A DNA stretch of 64,000 bases from Nitrospirota bacterium (lineage in GTDB: Bacteria; Nitrospirota; UBA9217): the NCBI GenBank assembly GCA_963840455.1, contig CAWIYV010000008.1, positions 1-64,000 of the forward strand, read 5' to 3'. Of the stretch, positions 1 to 10,439 are shown one piece after another (position 1 is the first letter of the stretch; the number at the start of each line of letters is the position of its first letter). Both the position numbers and the translations under genes were made by a program. A model generated the notes under the pieces. It was not told the DNA's origin, ran no database searches, and was given only the letters and a program-made list of their open reading frames with translations.

Positions 1-109
1 ATCTGCGGACTGACGCGCCTGACGGAGTTCTGATCCGTCGGGAGAGAGGGCTAACAAAAAGCTGTTTTGTTGGCCTTTTCTTATTTTCGCTCCCGGAGAA
101 TGTCCATGG

Positions 110-708
110 ATGTATCCGAGTTTCTTCATCAAACTGCTGGTGATCATCCTTTCGGCGAAGTTGTTCACCGAGGTCTTTGCGCGCCTTCGCATGCCGTCGG
201 TGCTGGGGGAGGTAACGGCCGGGATCGTGATCGGCCCGAGCCTGTTCAGGTTCATCGAGCCGGACGCCACGTTCCATCTTCTGGCGGAGATCGGGATCCT
301 GCTGCTCCTGTTCGAGGTGGGGCTCGAAACTGACGTGGGTCGGATCATCAAGGTCGGTGTCCAGTCAACATTGGTGGCCCTGACGGGCGTCGTCGTCCCC
401 GCGGTCTCGGGATTTTACATCGCCTACGCCTGGTTCTCGCGGGAACGCTCACGGCTGCGGCGACCCTCTCCAAGATGGCGAGCGGCCTGTGGGTGAAGGG
501 AAGATGGAACTGTAAACTGTCCACGGGAATGGCCATGGTGCCTCGCGAGGAAGTGGGGCTCATCTTTGCAGAGGTGGGCAAGCGGAACGGGATCTTTGAT
601 GACTCGGTGTACGCGGTTGTTGTGTTCGTCGTTGCCGTGACCACGCTGCTCGCGCCGCTCGCACTTAAGCCTTTGATGAAGGACCTGCCAGAGGAATGTT
701 CTGTCTGA
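110..708 (+). pseudogene. CPA2/KefB-like cation:proton antiporter with a large internal deletion
   Basis: N-terminal part (PSVLGEVTAGIVIGP, LAEIGILLLLFEVGLETD) joins near 430-470 out of frame to the C-terminal part (MAMVPREEVGLIFAEVG); the central helices are absent. Confidence 0.8.
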
Positions 709-729
709 TAATGCGAAAGGTGTCATCCG

Positions 730-1744
730 ATGCTATTGCTCTGGTTTGAATTCCTGCTCTGCTCCGCAGTCATCGTCTACTGTGGGACGAACCTGTCGCG
801 GTACGGGGACGTTATCGCGGAAAAGTCAGGGCTGGGGAGGGCATGGATAGGCCTGATCCTGATGTCCGGCGTCACGTCCCTGCCGGAACTGATCACGGGG
901 ATCAGTTCCGTCGCCCTTGCCGGCGCGCCCGATATCGCTGTCGGCGATGTGATGGGGAGCTGCGTCTTCAACCTGTCCCTGATCGCCCTCATGGACATGT
1001 TGCACGGTCCGCAGCCGATATTTTCTCGGGCGGAGCACAGTCACAACCTGAGCGCGGGATTCGGCGTGATCCTGATAGGGTTTGCCACGCTTTCCATAGC
1101 AGCGGCAGGAGGCATGCCGCTGATCGGCAGGATATCCCTCTCAACGCCGGTCATCGCGGTGCTGTATGCACTCGCCATACGCAGCGTATTCCTGTTCCAG
1201 AAAAGGCAGGTTGCGCAGCATATCGGCGAGATCGCGCCTGATCTTCAGTATGGCCATATCTCCACCAGGGAAGCCGCAGTGAAATATACGGTGAACGCCC
1301 TGGTCATCATCGGCGCAGCAACGTGGCTTGCCTTTCATCGGCGATCTGCTGGCGGAAGTGACCGGTCTCGGCAGGAGCTTTGTCGGCTCCATTTTCATCG
1401 CCATGACCACGTCGCTGCCGGAGCTGGTCATATCTATCTCGGCACTCAGGATCGGCGCTGCGGACATGGCAATTGCGAATCTCCTGGGAAGCAACTTGTT
1501 CAACATGGTGATTCTCGCCATCGACGATCTCGCATATCCCGACGGCCCCCTGTTCAGTGCCGTATCGCGGAACCATGCGATCACGGGAACGATCGCCGTT
1601 GTCATGACCGGCATCGTGGTCGTGAGCCTCATGTACCGGCTGGAGAAGAAGACGGCCCTTCGAATCGGATGGGACGCGCTCGCACTAATCCTGGCCTATC
1701 TGGTAAACATCGTGCTGCTGTACCGTATGCGGGCACAGGGATGA
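730..1744 (+). CDS. Sodium:calcium antiporter (YrbG/CaCA family), one +1 frameshift near 1327
   Basis: Two alpha repeats VTSLPEL...GDVMGSCVFN and TTSLPEL...ANLLGSNLFN split across ORFs 730.. and 1328..1744. Confidence 0.85.
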
Positions 1745-2110
1745 TGCCGGAATAGCAGGTATAAAGACCGCGATAGCGATCGCCGGGGGTATCGTTCTTT
1801 TCTCCGCCTGCAATCCAGAGGTAATTTCCACCGACCTTCTGGTTGGCACGATTCGCATGGTTTTTTCGGGGACGCCTAGGGGCCCTGTGCTCCTCGATGC
1901 GTTAGCGTGGGGGATTCTCATGACGATGCTGAGACAATGCGTTCCCGAAAGAGAACGCGATGGGAAATGACGGAAATTGTCGCGATTATATGGTAGGTGT
2001 AATGCTTTCACTAAAAGAAAGATGCCTGAGGCCGTGATATATTCCTTCTCCCGGGGCGCTGTTTCCCTGGAATGGAATTCCTTCGATGATCATATTTCAA
2101 GGGGAACAGT

Positions 2111-3469
2111 ATGAAAAGAAAGATAGTGGAAAGCTCGGTCCTGTTCGTGAGTATCCTGAAGTGGATATTCCTGGCGACCTGCGCGGGCATCCTTGTCGGC
2201 CTGTCTACAACGGTCTTTCTCAAGGCGCTCGGATTCAGCATAGCCGCAGCCTCGGGGTATCATTATTATTACCTGCTGTTGCCCGCTGCCTTGTTCCTGA
2301 CCGCCCTCATGGTCCGGTATCTGGCGCCGGATGCCGAAGGGCATGGAACGGAAAAGATCATCGAGGCGGTCCACCAGCGTTCCGGCAAGATCAGGCTTAT
2401 GGTGGTGCCGGTGAAACTGGTCGCTACGGTCATTACGATCGCCTTCGGCGGATCGGCGGGCAAGGAAGGCCCGGCAGCACAGATCGGTGCGGCCGTTTCG
2501 TCCGCCTTTTCGGACCTTCTGCGGTTCGACAGCAGCGACCGGAAGAAGCTGGTCATTTGCGGTATCAGCGCCGGCTTTGCCACGGTGTTCGGCACGCCCA
2601 TCGCCGGCGCAATCTTCGGCGTCGAGGTCCTGTTCGTCGGCGGCATGCTTTATGATGTCCTGCTTCCCTCGTTCGTGTCCGGCATCGTGGCCTTTCAGGT
2701 GTCCTCAGCCCTGGGGATCACCTATTTCCATGAGCCGCTCCAGTTCGTGCCGTTGTTCAGTAGCCTGTTCTTCATCAAGGTCTGCGGCGCGGGGATCTTT
2801 TTCGGTCTGTGCTCGCTCCTGATGATCGAAGTGCTCGGTCTTTTTGAGAAGATGAGCCGCCGGCTGACCATGTGGCCGCCCCTGAAAGCTCTTCTGGCAG
2901 GAGGCGTCCTGGTGCTGCTTACGTTCCTGTTCTCGACCCGCTATCTCGGGCTGGGCCTTGACACCATCAAAGATTCGCTCGAAGGAGGACAGGTCCCGGG
3001 AGGTGCATTTCTCCTGAAGATGCTCTTTACCGCTATTACGCTCGGTTTCGGCGGAAGCGGCGGGATCATTACGCCCATCTTCTTTGTCGGTTCGACGGCT
3101 GGGAACGCGTTCGGCAGCGTTCTCGGGTTCGACGTGTCGGTGTTCTCGGCGATCGGCATGGTCGCCCTGCTCGCAGGCGCGGCCAACACGCCCATCTCTT
3201 CGAGCATCATGGCCATCGAGCTGTTCGGGCCGGCCATCGGCCCCTATGCGGCCGTGGCCTGCGTCATCAGCTTTCTCATGACCGGCCACCGGAGCGTGTA
3301 CCCGAGCCAGGTGCTGTCGTTCACGAAATCAGCGTCCCTCTCGGTCCAGCATGGCAAAGAAATGAGGAATATCGGCGCCGTTGAATACCAGCCGCACCCG
3401 AAGAGCATGAGCACGGCCGTGATCAAGGGATTCAAGAAGGTCGTCGGAAAGAAGGACCGCGATGCATGA
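2111..3469 (+). CDS. ClC-family chloride channel/transporter
   Basis: GSAGKEGP gating motif, FGTPIAGAIFGVE, GGSGGIITP; many TM helices. Confidence 0.92.
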   Translation: MKRKIVESSVLFVSILKWIFLATCAGILVGLSTTVFLKALGFSIAAASGYHYYYLLLPAALFLTALMVRYLAPDAEGHGTEKIIEAVHQRSGKIRLMVVPVKLVATVITIAFGGSAGKEGPAAQIGAAVSSAFSDLLRFDSSDRKKLVICGISAGFATVFGTPIAGAIFGVEVLFVGGMLYDVLLPSFVSGIVAFQVSSALGITYFHEPLQFVPLFSSLFFIKVCGAGIFFGLCSLLMIEVLGLFEKMSRRLTMWPPLKALLAGGVLVLLTFLFSTRYLGLGLDTIKDSLEGGQVPGGAFLLKMLFTAITLGFGGSGGIITPIFFVGSTAGNAFGSVLGFDVSVFSAIGMVALLAGAANTPISSSIMAIELFGPAIGPYAAVACVISFLMTGHRSVYPSQVLSFTKSASLSVQHGKEMRNIGAVEYQPHPKSMSTAVIKGFKKVVGKKDRDA

Positions 3470-4278
3470 ACGATCAGCGCCGTCCCGGCGCCTGATAATC
3501 ATTACCGATCTGGACGGCACGCTGCTCCATCCGCGGACCTATTCCTTTGAGGAGGCGAGGCCGGCGCTCGATCTGATAGAGCAACCGGAACGTCCCCCTG
3601 GTCATCTGCTCGAGCAAAACGCGGACGGAGATCGAGGTGTACCGGAAGCGTCTAGACAACGACCATCCGTTCATTTCCGAGAACGGCGGCGGGATCTATA
3701 TTCCCGCGGGATATTTTCCCTTTCACGGGTCCGGTGACCATCAGGGCGGGTATGAGGTGATAGCGCTGGGCTCACCCTATGAGGAGATACGAAAACGGTT
3801 CGCAGCAATGCGCGCCCGGCTCGGGACCGCTGTACGCGGCTTTGGCGATATGACCATCGAGGAAGTGGCCGATCTGACCGGACTGACACTTGAGGAGGCC
3901 CGCTTGGCCAAGCAAAGGGATTTTGAAGAGCCCTTCATCTTTTCCGGAGAGCCCGATGACCGGTTCCTCAGGGAGATCGAAGGGGAAAGACTTCGCTGGA
4001 CCCAAGGACGGTTCTTTCATCTCATGGGCGATCACCACAAGGGGAGGGCAGTCAATATGCTCCGGAAACTTTATGAACGGAGAGACGGGCCGGTCATGAC
4101 CATCGGCATCGGCGATAGCCTGAACGATCTTCCGTTCCTCTTTGCCGTGGACCGGCCGGTGCTGGTCAAAAAAGAGTCGGGCAGGTACGATGCGCGCATC
4201 GATATTCCGGGACTGGTCCGAACGGAAGGCATCGGTCCGGCCGGGTGGAACGAGGCAGTTCTGGAGCTGCTGAAATGA
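3462..4278 (+). CDS. Glucosyl/mannosyl-3-phosphoglycerate phosphatase (HAD-IIB), +1 frameshift near 3585
   Basis: TDLDGTLL motif I; after the shift CSSKTRTEI, PFISENGG and GDSLNDLP; lies in the glucosylglycerate cluster. Confidence 0.85.
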
Positions 4279-5609
4279 TGAATAGACAATTGCTGCTGGA
4301 TATGTTCAACGCTGCCCTCGCGGCGGTGGATCCCTACCGTGCGGTGACCAGGGCCCTACGGGTCGAGAGTGGCATGCTCACAGCCGGGGGAAGCGTATAC
4401 GATCTTAAGATCTTTGACCGTGTCCTGGTCGTCGGTGCGGGAAAAGCCGCGGCAGCAATGGCAGCTGCTGTCGAGGATGTCCTCGGCGACCGGATCGACC
4501 GCGGAATCGTTGTCGTGAAGTACGGCCATGCGGGAAAGCTCACGACGATCGAGCAGGTCGAGGCGGGCCATCCAGTCCCCGATGAAGCAGGAGTTCAGGG
4601 CACGCAGAGGATCCTCGAGCTGGTCCGGCGCACTGACGAGAAGACACTGGTGATCTGTCTTCTCTCGGGCGGAGGTTCATCCCTGCTGGTCGCGCCGAGC
4701 CGCGGCATAACCTTGGAGGATAAGCAGCGGACGACCGAGTTGCTGCTCAAGGCCGGCGCGACCATCGATGAACTGAATACGGTGCGGAAGCATCTGTCCG
4801 CGGTCAAGGGGGGCCGACTCGCCCAGATCGCCCATCCGGCAACGGTGGTGACGCTGATCCTTTCCGACGTCATTGGCGACCGGCTCGACGTGATCGCTTC
4901 CGGACCGACGGCGTCTGACAGCTCGACCTTTTCCGATGCCGCGGCGGTGATCGAACGGTATCGCTTGAAGACGAAGACCCCTCCGGCGGCGGTCGCGTTC
5001 CTGGAACGGGGGGCGGCGGGGCAGGAATCGGAGACCGTGAAGAGCGTGGACCCGTGCTTCCTCAGGACCAGGAACATGATCGTCGGCAGCAGTGCCCAGG
5101 CTCTTGCCGCCGCCCGGGAGAAAGCTGCGGCACTTGGCTGGAGGCCTGAAGTCATCACTGCGGAGCTTCAGGGTGAAGCTCGCGACTCGGCCCGAGTGCT
5201 GGCGCGGAAGGCCGTGGCTGCACGGGATGAGATGAAGCCCGGTGAGCGGCGGTGTCTCCTATCAGGCGGGGAGACCACGGTCGTTGTTCGCGGGTCCGGC
5301 AAGGGCGGCAGAAATCAGGAATTAGCACTGGCGTTCGCACTGGAGATCGCGGGAGTGGACGGGATAACCCTGCTCTCGGCAGGTACCGACGGAACGGACG
5401 GCCCCACGGACGCTGCAGGCGCCATGGTGGACGGAAACGTGGTGACTACTGCGCGGAACCTGGGCATCCATCCTGAGGTATACTTAGGAAATAACGACTC
5501 CTATGCGTTCTTTCAGCGGCTCGATGCGCAGAGCGGTGAACAGCACCATCTGATGACTGGCCCGACGGGGACGAACGTAATGGATATCCAGATCATTCTC
5601 ATGGAATGA
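4275..5609 (+). CDS. Glycerate kinase (MOFRL/GckA-TtuD family)
   Basis: VGAGKAA, AGHPVPD, LSGGGSSL, VKGGRLA, GGRNQE, GTDGTDG, TGTNVMD motifs. Confidence 0.92.
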   Translation: MMNRQLLLDMFNAALAAVDPYRAVTRALRVESGMLTAGGSVYDLKIFDRVLVVGAGKAAAAMAAAVEDVLGDRIDRGIVVVKYGHAGKLTTIEQVEAGHPVPDEAGVQGTQRILELVRRTDEKTLVICLLSGGGSSLLVAPSRGITLEDKQRTTELLLKAGATIDELNTVRKHLSAVKGGRLAQIAHPATVVTLILSDVIGDRLDVIASGPTASDSSTFSDAAAVIERYRLKTKTPPAAVAFLERGAAGQESETVKSVDPCFLRTRNMIVGSSAQALAAAREKAAALGWRPEVITAELQGEARDSARVLARKAVAARDEMKPGERRCLLSGGETTVVVRGSGKGGRNQELALAFALEIAGVDGITLLSAGTDGTDGPTDAAGAMVDGNVVTTARNLGIHPEVYLGNNDSYAFFQRLDAQSGEQHHLMTGPTGTNVMDIQIILME

Positions 5610-5637
5610 TCATGACGTCCGGCGCCGTATACCTATA

Positions 5638-6921
5638 ATGGCAACAGTGCGACAGGGACCTATGACAAGTATTGTCCAGCGAAAAGAAATCGGCCAATTT
5701 CTTGATCAGACCGGATCGGCCGACATTGTCGTCGGCATTCCGAGCTATAACAACGCACGGACGATCGGCCACGTTGTCCGGGCCGTTCAGGCCGGCCTTG
5801 CGAAATACTTTCCCGGACACAAGGCGGTACTGGTGAATTCCGACGGCGGGTCTCGGGACGGGACCATGGACGTGGTGCGGAGCACGCGCATCGAGGACCA
5901 GGCGGCGATCCTCGTGCATCATCGGATCGACTCGGTCCCCGTCATCGCAACACCCTATGAGGGGATCCCGGGAAAGGGGAGCGCCTTCAAGGCGGTCTTC
6001 GAGATCGCCGACGCGCTGAACGCGAAGGCCTGCGCGGTCGTTGATTCGGACCTGCGGAGCATAACCCCGGAATGGGTGGAGCTTCTGCTCACACCCGTGC
6101 TTCAGGAGGAGACGGAATTTGTCGCTCCGCTGTATCACCGCCACAAGTTCGACGGTACGATCACGAACAGCATTGTCTATCCTCTGACACGGGCGCTCTA
6201 TGGCAGGCGCGTACGGCAGCCCATAGGCGGCGATTTCGGTTTTTCCGGCAAGCTTGCCCACTTCTATCTTTCGAAGGACGTATGGGAAACGGACGTGGCG
6301 CGGTTCGGCATCGACATCTGGATGACCACCACGGCCTTGGCGAACGGATTTACCGTCAGCCAGTCATTCCTCGGCGCGAAGATCCACGACACGAAAGACC
6401 CCGGCGCCGACCTCTCCGCAATGCTGTATCAGGTTGTGAGCGCGACGTTCGGGCTTATGCAGACCTACCCGGATGTATGGAAAAAGGTGCATGGCTCCGA
6501 ACCGGTCCGTACCTATGGCTTTCAGTATGCCGTGGGTCTCGAGCAGGTGAATGTGAACGTGGAGCGCATGCTCGGGATCTTTCGCGAGGGCATCAGGAAC
6601 CTTCGTGATATCTGGATCGCAGTTCTCGGTCAGGGCGATTTTGGAGAGGTCGAATCGCTCGGGACCGCCGGAGCCGATGCATTTCGTTTCCCGCGAGGAC
6701 TGTGGTCGCGGATCATCTATGATTACGCCCTTGCGTACCATCGGAAGAGTCTGCCTGTCGAACACCTGATCAAGTCCCTGACGCCGCTGTATCTTGGCCG
6801 CACCGCATCGTTCGTCCTGGAGATGCGTGATGCGGACCAGAGCGGCGCGGAAGGGGAAATTGAACAGCTCTGCGAGGAATTCGAGAGGAACAAGGATTAT
6901 TTGCTGAACAACTGGAAGTGA
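5638..6921 (+). CDS. Glycosyltransferase, glucosylglycerate synthase (single-step Ggs)-like
   Basis: VGIPSYNNA, NSDGGSRDGT, GKGSA, DSDLRSI, RQPIGGDF, FGIDIWMT; cluster context. Confidence 0.75.
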   Translation: MATVRQGPMTSIVQRKEIGQFLDQTGSADIVVGIPSYNNARTIGHVVRAVQAGLAKYFPGHKAVLVNSDGGSRDGTMDVVRSTRIEDQAAILVHHRIDSVPVIATPYEGIPGKGSAFKAVFEIADALNAKACAVVDSDLRSITPEWVELLLTPVLQEETEFVAPLYHRHKFDGTITNSIVYPLTRALYGRRVRQPIGGDFGFSGKLAHFYLSKDVWETDVARFGIDIWMTTTALANGFTVSQSFLGAKIHDTKDPGADLSAMLYQVVSATFGLMQTYPDVWKKVHGSEPVRTYGFQYAVGLEQVNVNVERMLGIFREGIRNLRDIWIAVLGQGDFGEVESLGTAGADAFRFPRGLWSRIIYDYALAYHRKSLPVEHLIKSLTPLYLGRTASFVLEMRDADQSGAEGEIEQLCEEFERNKDYLLNNWK

Positions 6922-6934
6922 AGGAGGGATAATC

Positions 6935-7633
6935 ATGCAAGACTTTCTGACGCTGGTGCTGGAACCATTCCGGGAGGTGTTTGCCGGGTTCACGCGATTC
7001 GCCCCGAACATGCTGGCGATGCTTACGATTCTGATCGGGGGGCTGGTGTTCGCCCGGATCGTTCGCGTGCTGCTCCGCAAGGCTCTGATCGCGCTCTCCT
7101 TCGATGCCTGGAGCGACCGCATGGGATTCACCGTCATGATGCGGAAGAGCGACTTTTGGGCGAAGCCCGCCGATGCGGTCGTTCGCGTCGTGTTCTGGTT
7201 TCTCATGATCTTTACGATCATGATCGGCCTGAGTGCGCTCAAGGTGCATGCCGTCGACAACCTGGTGGCCCAGTTCTTTCTCTATCTTCCGCGCGTTTTC
7301 TCGGCCGTTCTCATTCTGATCATCGGCTATGTAGCGGCCGGATTCCTGAGCAGGACGGTGTTGATCGTCCTTGTGAACAACGGGTATCACTACGCAAAAC
7401 TGCTGGCTGAGGCAGTCCGGTTGCTGCTGATTGTCCTGCTCCTCGCCATGGCGCTGGAACAACTCCAGGTCGCTCCCAATATCGTCGTTGCGGCGTTCTC
7501 GATCATCTTCGGCGGCATTGTCATAGCCATTGCCATCGCGTTCGGCGTCGGCGGGATCGAGGCCGCCCGCAGGATCATCGAAAAAGGGGCAGCCGAAAAA
7601 AGGGAAGGAAAGGATGATATGCAGCATCTTTAG
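6935..7633 (+). CDS. Membrane protein with MscS-associated TM-helix repeats
   Basis: Two repeats (FAPNMLAMLTILIGG / YLPRVFSAVLILIIG) and C-terminal AIAIAFGVGG. Confidence 0.65.
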   Translation: MQDFLTLVLEPFREVFAGFTRFAPNMLAMLTILIGGLVFARIVRVLLRKALIALSFDAWSDRMGFTVMMRKSDFWAKPADAVVRVVFWFLMIFTIMIGLSALKVHAVDNLVAQFFLYLPRVFSAVLILIIGYVAAGFLSRTVLIVLVNNGYHYAKLLAEAVRLLLIVLLLAMALEQLQVAPNIVVAAFSIIFGGIVIAIAIAFGVGGIEAARRIIEKGAAEKREGKDDMQHL

Positions 7634-7644
7634 GAGGATCTTCC

Positions 7645-8853
7645 ATGTCCGATTTCTATCAGACCGGCATCATCACCACGCTGCACCGGCTCGGCAGACC
7701 GTTGCTGGAGAGGATCGAGGGGGAGCTGCTGCAGTTCTCGAAAGCCCGTCCAATCGCGCTGGTCCTCCCCGCTCTGTATTCCGAGTTCGAGGGCCCGGCT
7801 ATGCCGAAGATCGTTGACGAGCTTTCGAAGGTGAAATACCTGTGCGAGATCGTGCTGGTTCTCGATAAGGCATCGGAAAAGGAGTTCCAGCGGGTACGGC
7901 AGTTCATGGCGCCCATTCCCGGAGACGTCAAGATCATTCACAACGACGGAAAGCGCATCCTTGAGATCTACGATACGTTCAAGCGCAACAGCCTAAGTGT
8001 TGGGGAGCAAGGCAAAGGACGATCGGCCTGGCTGGCCTACGGCTACGTCATCGCCAGCGGCAAGTGCGATGTGATCGCGCTCCATGACTGCGACATCGTG
8101 AACTATAGCAGGGAGCTGCTGGCCCGGTTGTGCTACCCTGTGGCGAATCCGAACCTGGATTACGTGTTCTGCAAGGGATTTTACAGCAGAGTGACGAACA
8201 AGATGCACGGCAGGGTCACGCGGCTCCTGGTCACCCCACTTATCCGCTCGCTCCGGAACCTCGGGGGCGAGCACCGGTTCCTCGCGTTCATCGACAGTTT
8301 CCGCTACCCTCTTGCCGGCGAATTCGCTATGCATACCGACATGGCGCGGGTGAATCGGATTCCTTGGGATTGGGGTCTCGAGGTAGGTTCCCTTGCCGAG
8401 GTATACCGGAACTACTCCCCCCGCCGGGTATGCCAGGTGGATATTGCAGACACGTACGAGCATAAACACCAGGCATTGTCTTCTGAGGACCCCGAGGAAG
8501 GGCTTATGAAAATGACGATCGACATCAGCAAGTCAATCTTCCGGACCCTTGCGTCGGAAGGGGTTGTTTTCTCCGACGGTTTTTTCAAATCGTTGTCTGT
8601 GGCCTACCTGCGGCTCGCCGAGGACACGCTCATGAAGTACGAGGCCGATGCGGCCATAAACGGTCTGGAGTTCGACCGGCACGACGAGGCCAAGGCCGTA
8701 GAATCCTTTGCGCGGGCCATGACCTTGGCGGCGGAGACATTCATGAAAAACCCCATGGGTACTCCGCTCATTCCCAACTGGAACCGCGTTACCTCGGCCA
8801 TACCGGGTATCCTCGAAATGCTTAAGAAAGCGGTTGATGAGGATAATAAGTAA
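7645..8853 (+). CDS. gpgS: Glucosyl-3-phosphoglycerate synthase
   Basis: MSDFYQTGIITTLH N-terminus, GKGRSAW, LHDCDI, GRVTRL, FRYPLAGEF, YEHKHQ; AGGAGG RBS. Confidence 0.8.
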   Translation: MSDFYQTGIITTLHRLGRPLLERIEGELLQFSKARPIALVLPALYSEFEGPAMPKIVDELSKVKYLCEIVLVLDKASEKEFQRVRQFMAPIPGDVKIIHNDGKRILEIYDTFKRNSLSVGEQGKGRSAWLAYGYVIASGKCDVIALHDCDIVNYSRELLARLCYPVANPNLDYVFCKGFYSRVTNKMHGRVTRLLVTPLIRSLRNLGGEHRFLAFIDSFRYPLAGEFAMHTDMARVNRIPWDWGLEVGSLAEVYRNYSPRRVCQVDIADTYEHKHQALSSEDPEEGLMKMTIDISKSIFRTLASEGVVFSDGFFKSLSVAYLRLAEDTLMKYEADAAINGLEFDRHDEAKAVESFARAMTLAAETFMKNPMGTPLIPNWNRVTSAIPGILEMLKKAVDEDNK

Positions 8854-9407
8854 GAGTGGAAAACCCGTGCTCCATTCAAGTGAACTCCGCTTCGCTCTGC
8901 TTACTAGCTGGCAGGCGCGACGCAGTGGTCGCCTTAGGCTGGTGCAGTACGCTCTTTTCCTACGAAAGGATTAAATAGTTAACGACTGATAATGACAAAG
9001 AACAGCGATACTTGATCAACACGAAAACCATCAGTTTCATATTCCCAGCAGAATACTAAAGGGGAGAGTCCTTCTTCAAACAATAATATTTATGGCCTGC
9101 TAAAGGCCATATATTTTATCCTAACTTCTAGCCTGCCTTCGCATTACCGCAGCCGATTAGCTTTTGTTGCTATTTGCGGTTGGGTCCTATCAGTGTTGTC
9201 CTAAGCGCCTTCTCCCGAACATTTATTATTCCCTGTTTTCTGACGGGAACCATTGCATAACCATTGCATCGTGCAATACCTTTTCCTCCTCACATTCACA
9301 TCATATCCTTCAACCAACTGAATGATATGCTCCGGTAGCTCTTCTTTACCCCCAAACCGGAGCGGCTCAATCTCATATATATCGCGAGGTTGCATTGATT
9401 CAGCCTT

Positions 9408-9425
9408 CTGGCATAGCGTATGCAA
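9408..9425 (+). promoter_or_regulatory. sigma54 (-24/-12) promoter
   Basis: CTGGCATAGCGTATGCAA = GG-N10-GC, close to the TGGCAC-N5-TTGCA consensus. Confidence 0.7.
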
Positions 9426-9551
9426 TTCATTTGTATACAAACGGTCGAGCGAGAGCTAGCCTTCACATTGCACCGGCCCAGCATCCAGAAAGGACATTGA
9501 AATGGCAGTACGAAGTAATCGTTCGAGTGAAATGCATTTTAAAGGAGGTGT

Positions 9552-9620
9552 ATGATCATGACGAGAGTAAGATCGGGCAAACAAACCATTGTTGCATGCA
9601 GGTGCCATAGCCCTTGCTAG
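9552..9620 (+). CDS. Putative 22-aa Cys-rich peptide MIMTRVRSGKQTIVACRCHSPC
   Basis: AAAGGAGGTG at 9541-9550 just before ATG 9552 and 7 nt before in-frame ATG 9558; downstream of a sigma54 motif. Confidence 0.4.
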   Translation: MIMTRVRSGKQTIVACRCHSPC

Positions 9621-9787
9621 ATCTAAGACCGGAGGGAAGGACCATCCGGTGAATGGAGAGTCCGAAGTGGGAGCGTTGCTCCTCCATAAGAGGCACGACA
9701 TTCCCGTGGCTTTTTCACAATTAACTTAAACGCTAATTCAGTATCCCGGTTCCAACCAATGAATAGCGCGAAAAAAAGGAGATCAAA

Positions 9788-10135
9788 ATGAAGACGCTCA
9801 TTTCTTTAGCAGCAGTAATGATGGTTGCCGTAACTTTCGGAACGGCATATGCGGATGATGATCAGATCCCGTATCCCGGGATGGCCATTGCATCCGTTGC
9901 TCATAGTACTTTCGATTGGAGTGCAAAGGGTCAGGCTGCGGCAGACCAGCTTGCTTCCTACACAAATGATGAGACGCCAGTGCTGAGCTCCAACAATGAG
10001 ATCGGCACCGCACTTTACCATGAGGCCTTCGAGGTCCATCAGACAGCTCTGGCAGCCAGGGCTAAAAAGGGCTCGGCAGCGGGAGGCATGGCGAAAGAGG
10101 ATGTGAACAGCAGCATTTTCAAACTTACCGAATAA
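9788..10135 (+). CDS. Hypothetical secreted protein
   Basis: AAGGAG RBS, Sec signal peptide ending TAYA, terminator downstream. Confidence 0.75.
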   Translation: MKTLISLAAVMMVAVTFGTAYADDDQIPYPGMAIASVAHSTFDWSAKGQAAADQLASYTNDETPVLSSNNEIGTALYHEAFEVHQTALAARAKKGSAAGGMAKEDVNSSIFKLTE

Positions 10136-10229
10136 GCCGGCTGATCTGATCTGCCGTAGTCGTTTTTTATACGATCGGATCCCGTGACAGGCCAAAACAA
10201 AAGAAACACAACAGATGATAATCTCATTG

Positions 10230-10260
10230 AGCAGGCCGGACCTCCGGCCTGCTTTTTTTC
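10230..10260 (+). terminator. Rho-independent terminator
   Basis: AGCAGGCCGGA-CC-TCCGGCCTGCT followed by a T-run. Confidence 0.8.
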
Positions 10261-10387
10261 CGTCATAACAAGTATGCTTTCGCTCAGGGTGGGAGATATG
10301 CTGCCATATTCCCATGCGTTTGCCGGAGCCGATCGTTAACACTTAGAGGCTCCAATATGCCGCCTGCAGCCGGACTCGGAACAAAAG

Positions 10388-10419
10388 AAAAGGCCGGTCA
10401 TGAGCTGACCGGCCTTTTC
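10388..10419 (-). terminator. Terminator (bidirectional-type) after the DUF922 gene
   Basis: AAAAGGCCGGTCA-TGAGC-TGACCGGCCTTTT. Confidence 0.75.
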
Positions 10420-10439
10420 CGAGATCGAGCGCTGAATGA

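Noticed and set aside
1-33. End of an upstream gene (ICGLTRLTEF*)
   Set aside because: Too short to identify
1745-1970. Hydrophobic open stretch (IKTAIAIAGGIVLFSAC...)
   Set aside because: No start codon or RBS and no recognisable family; possibly a remnant but unsupported
9618-9650. Pyrrolysine readthrough of the micro-ORF TAG followed by a hairpin
   Set aside because: An in-frame TAA follows one codon later and there are no pyl genes in the window
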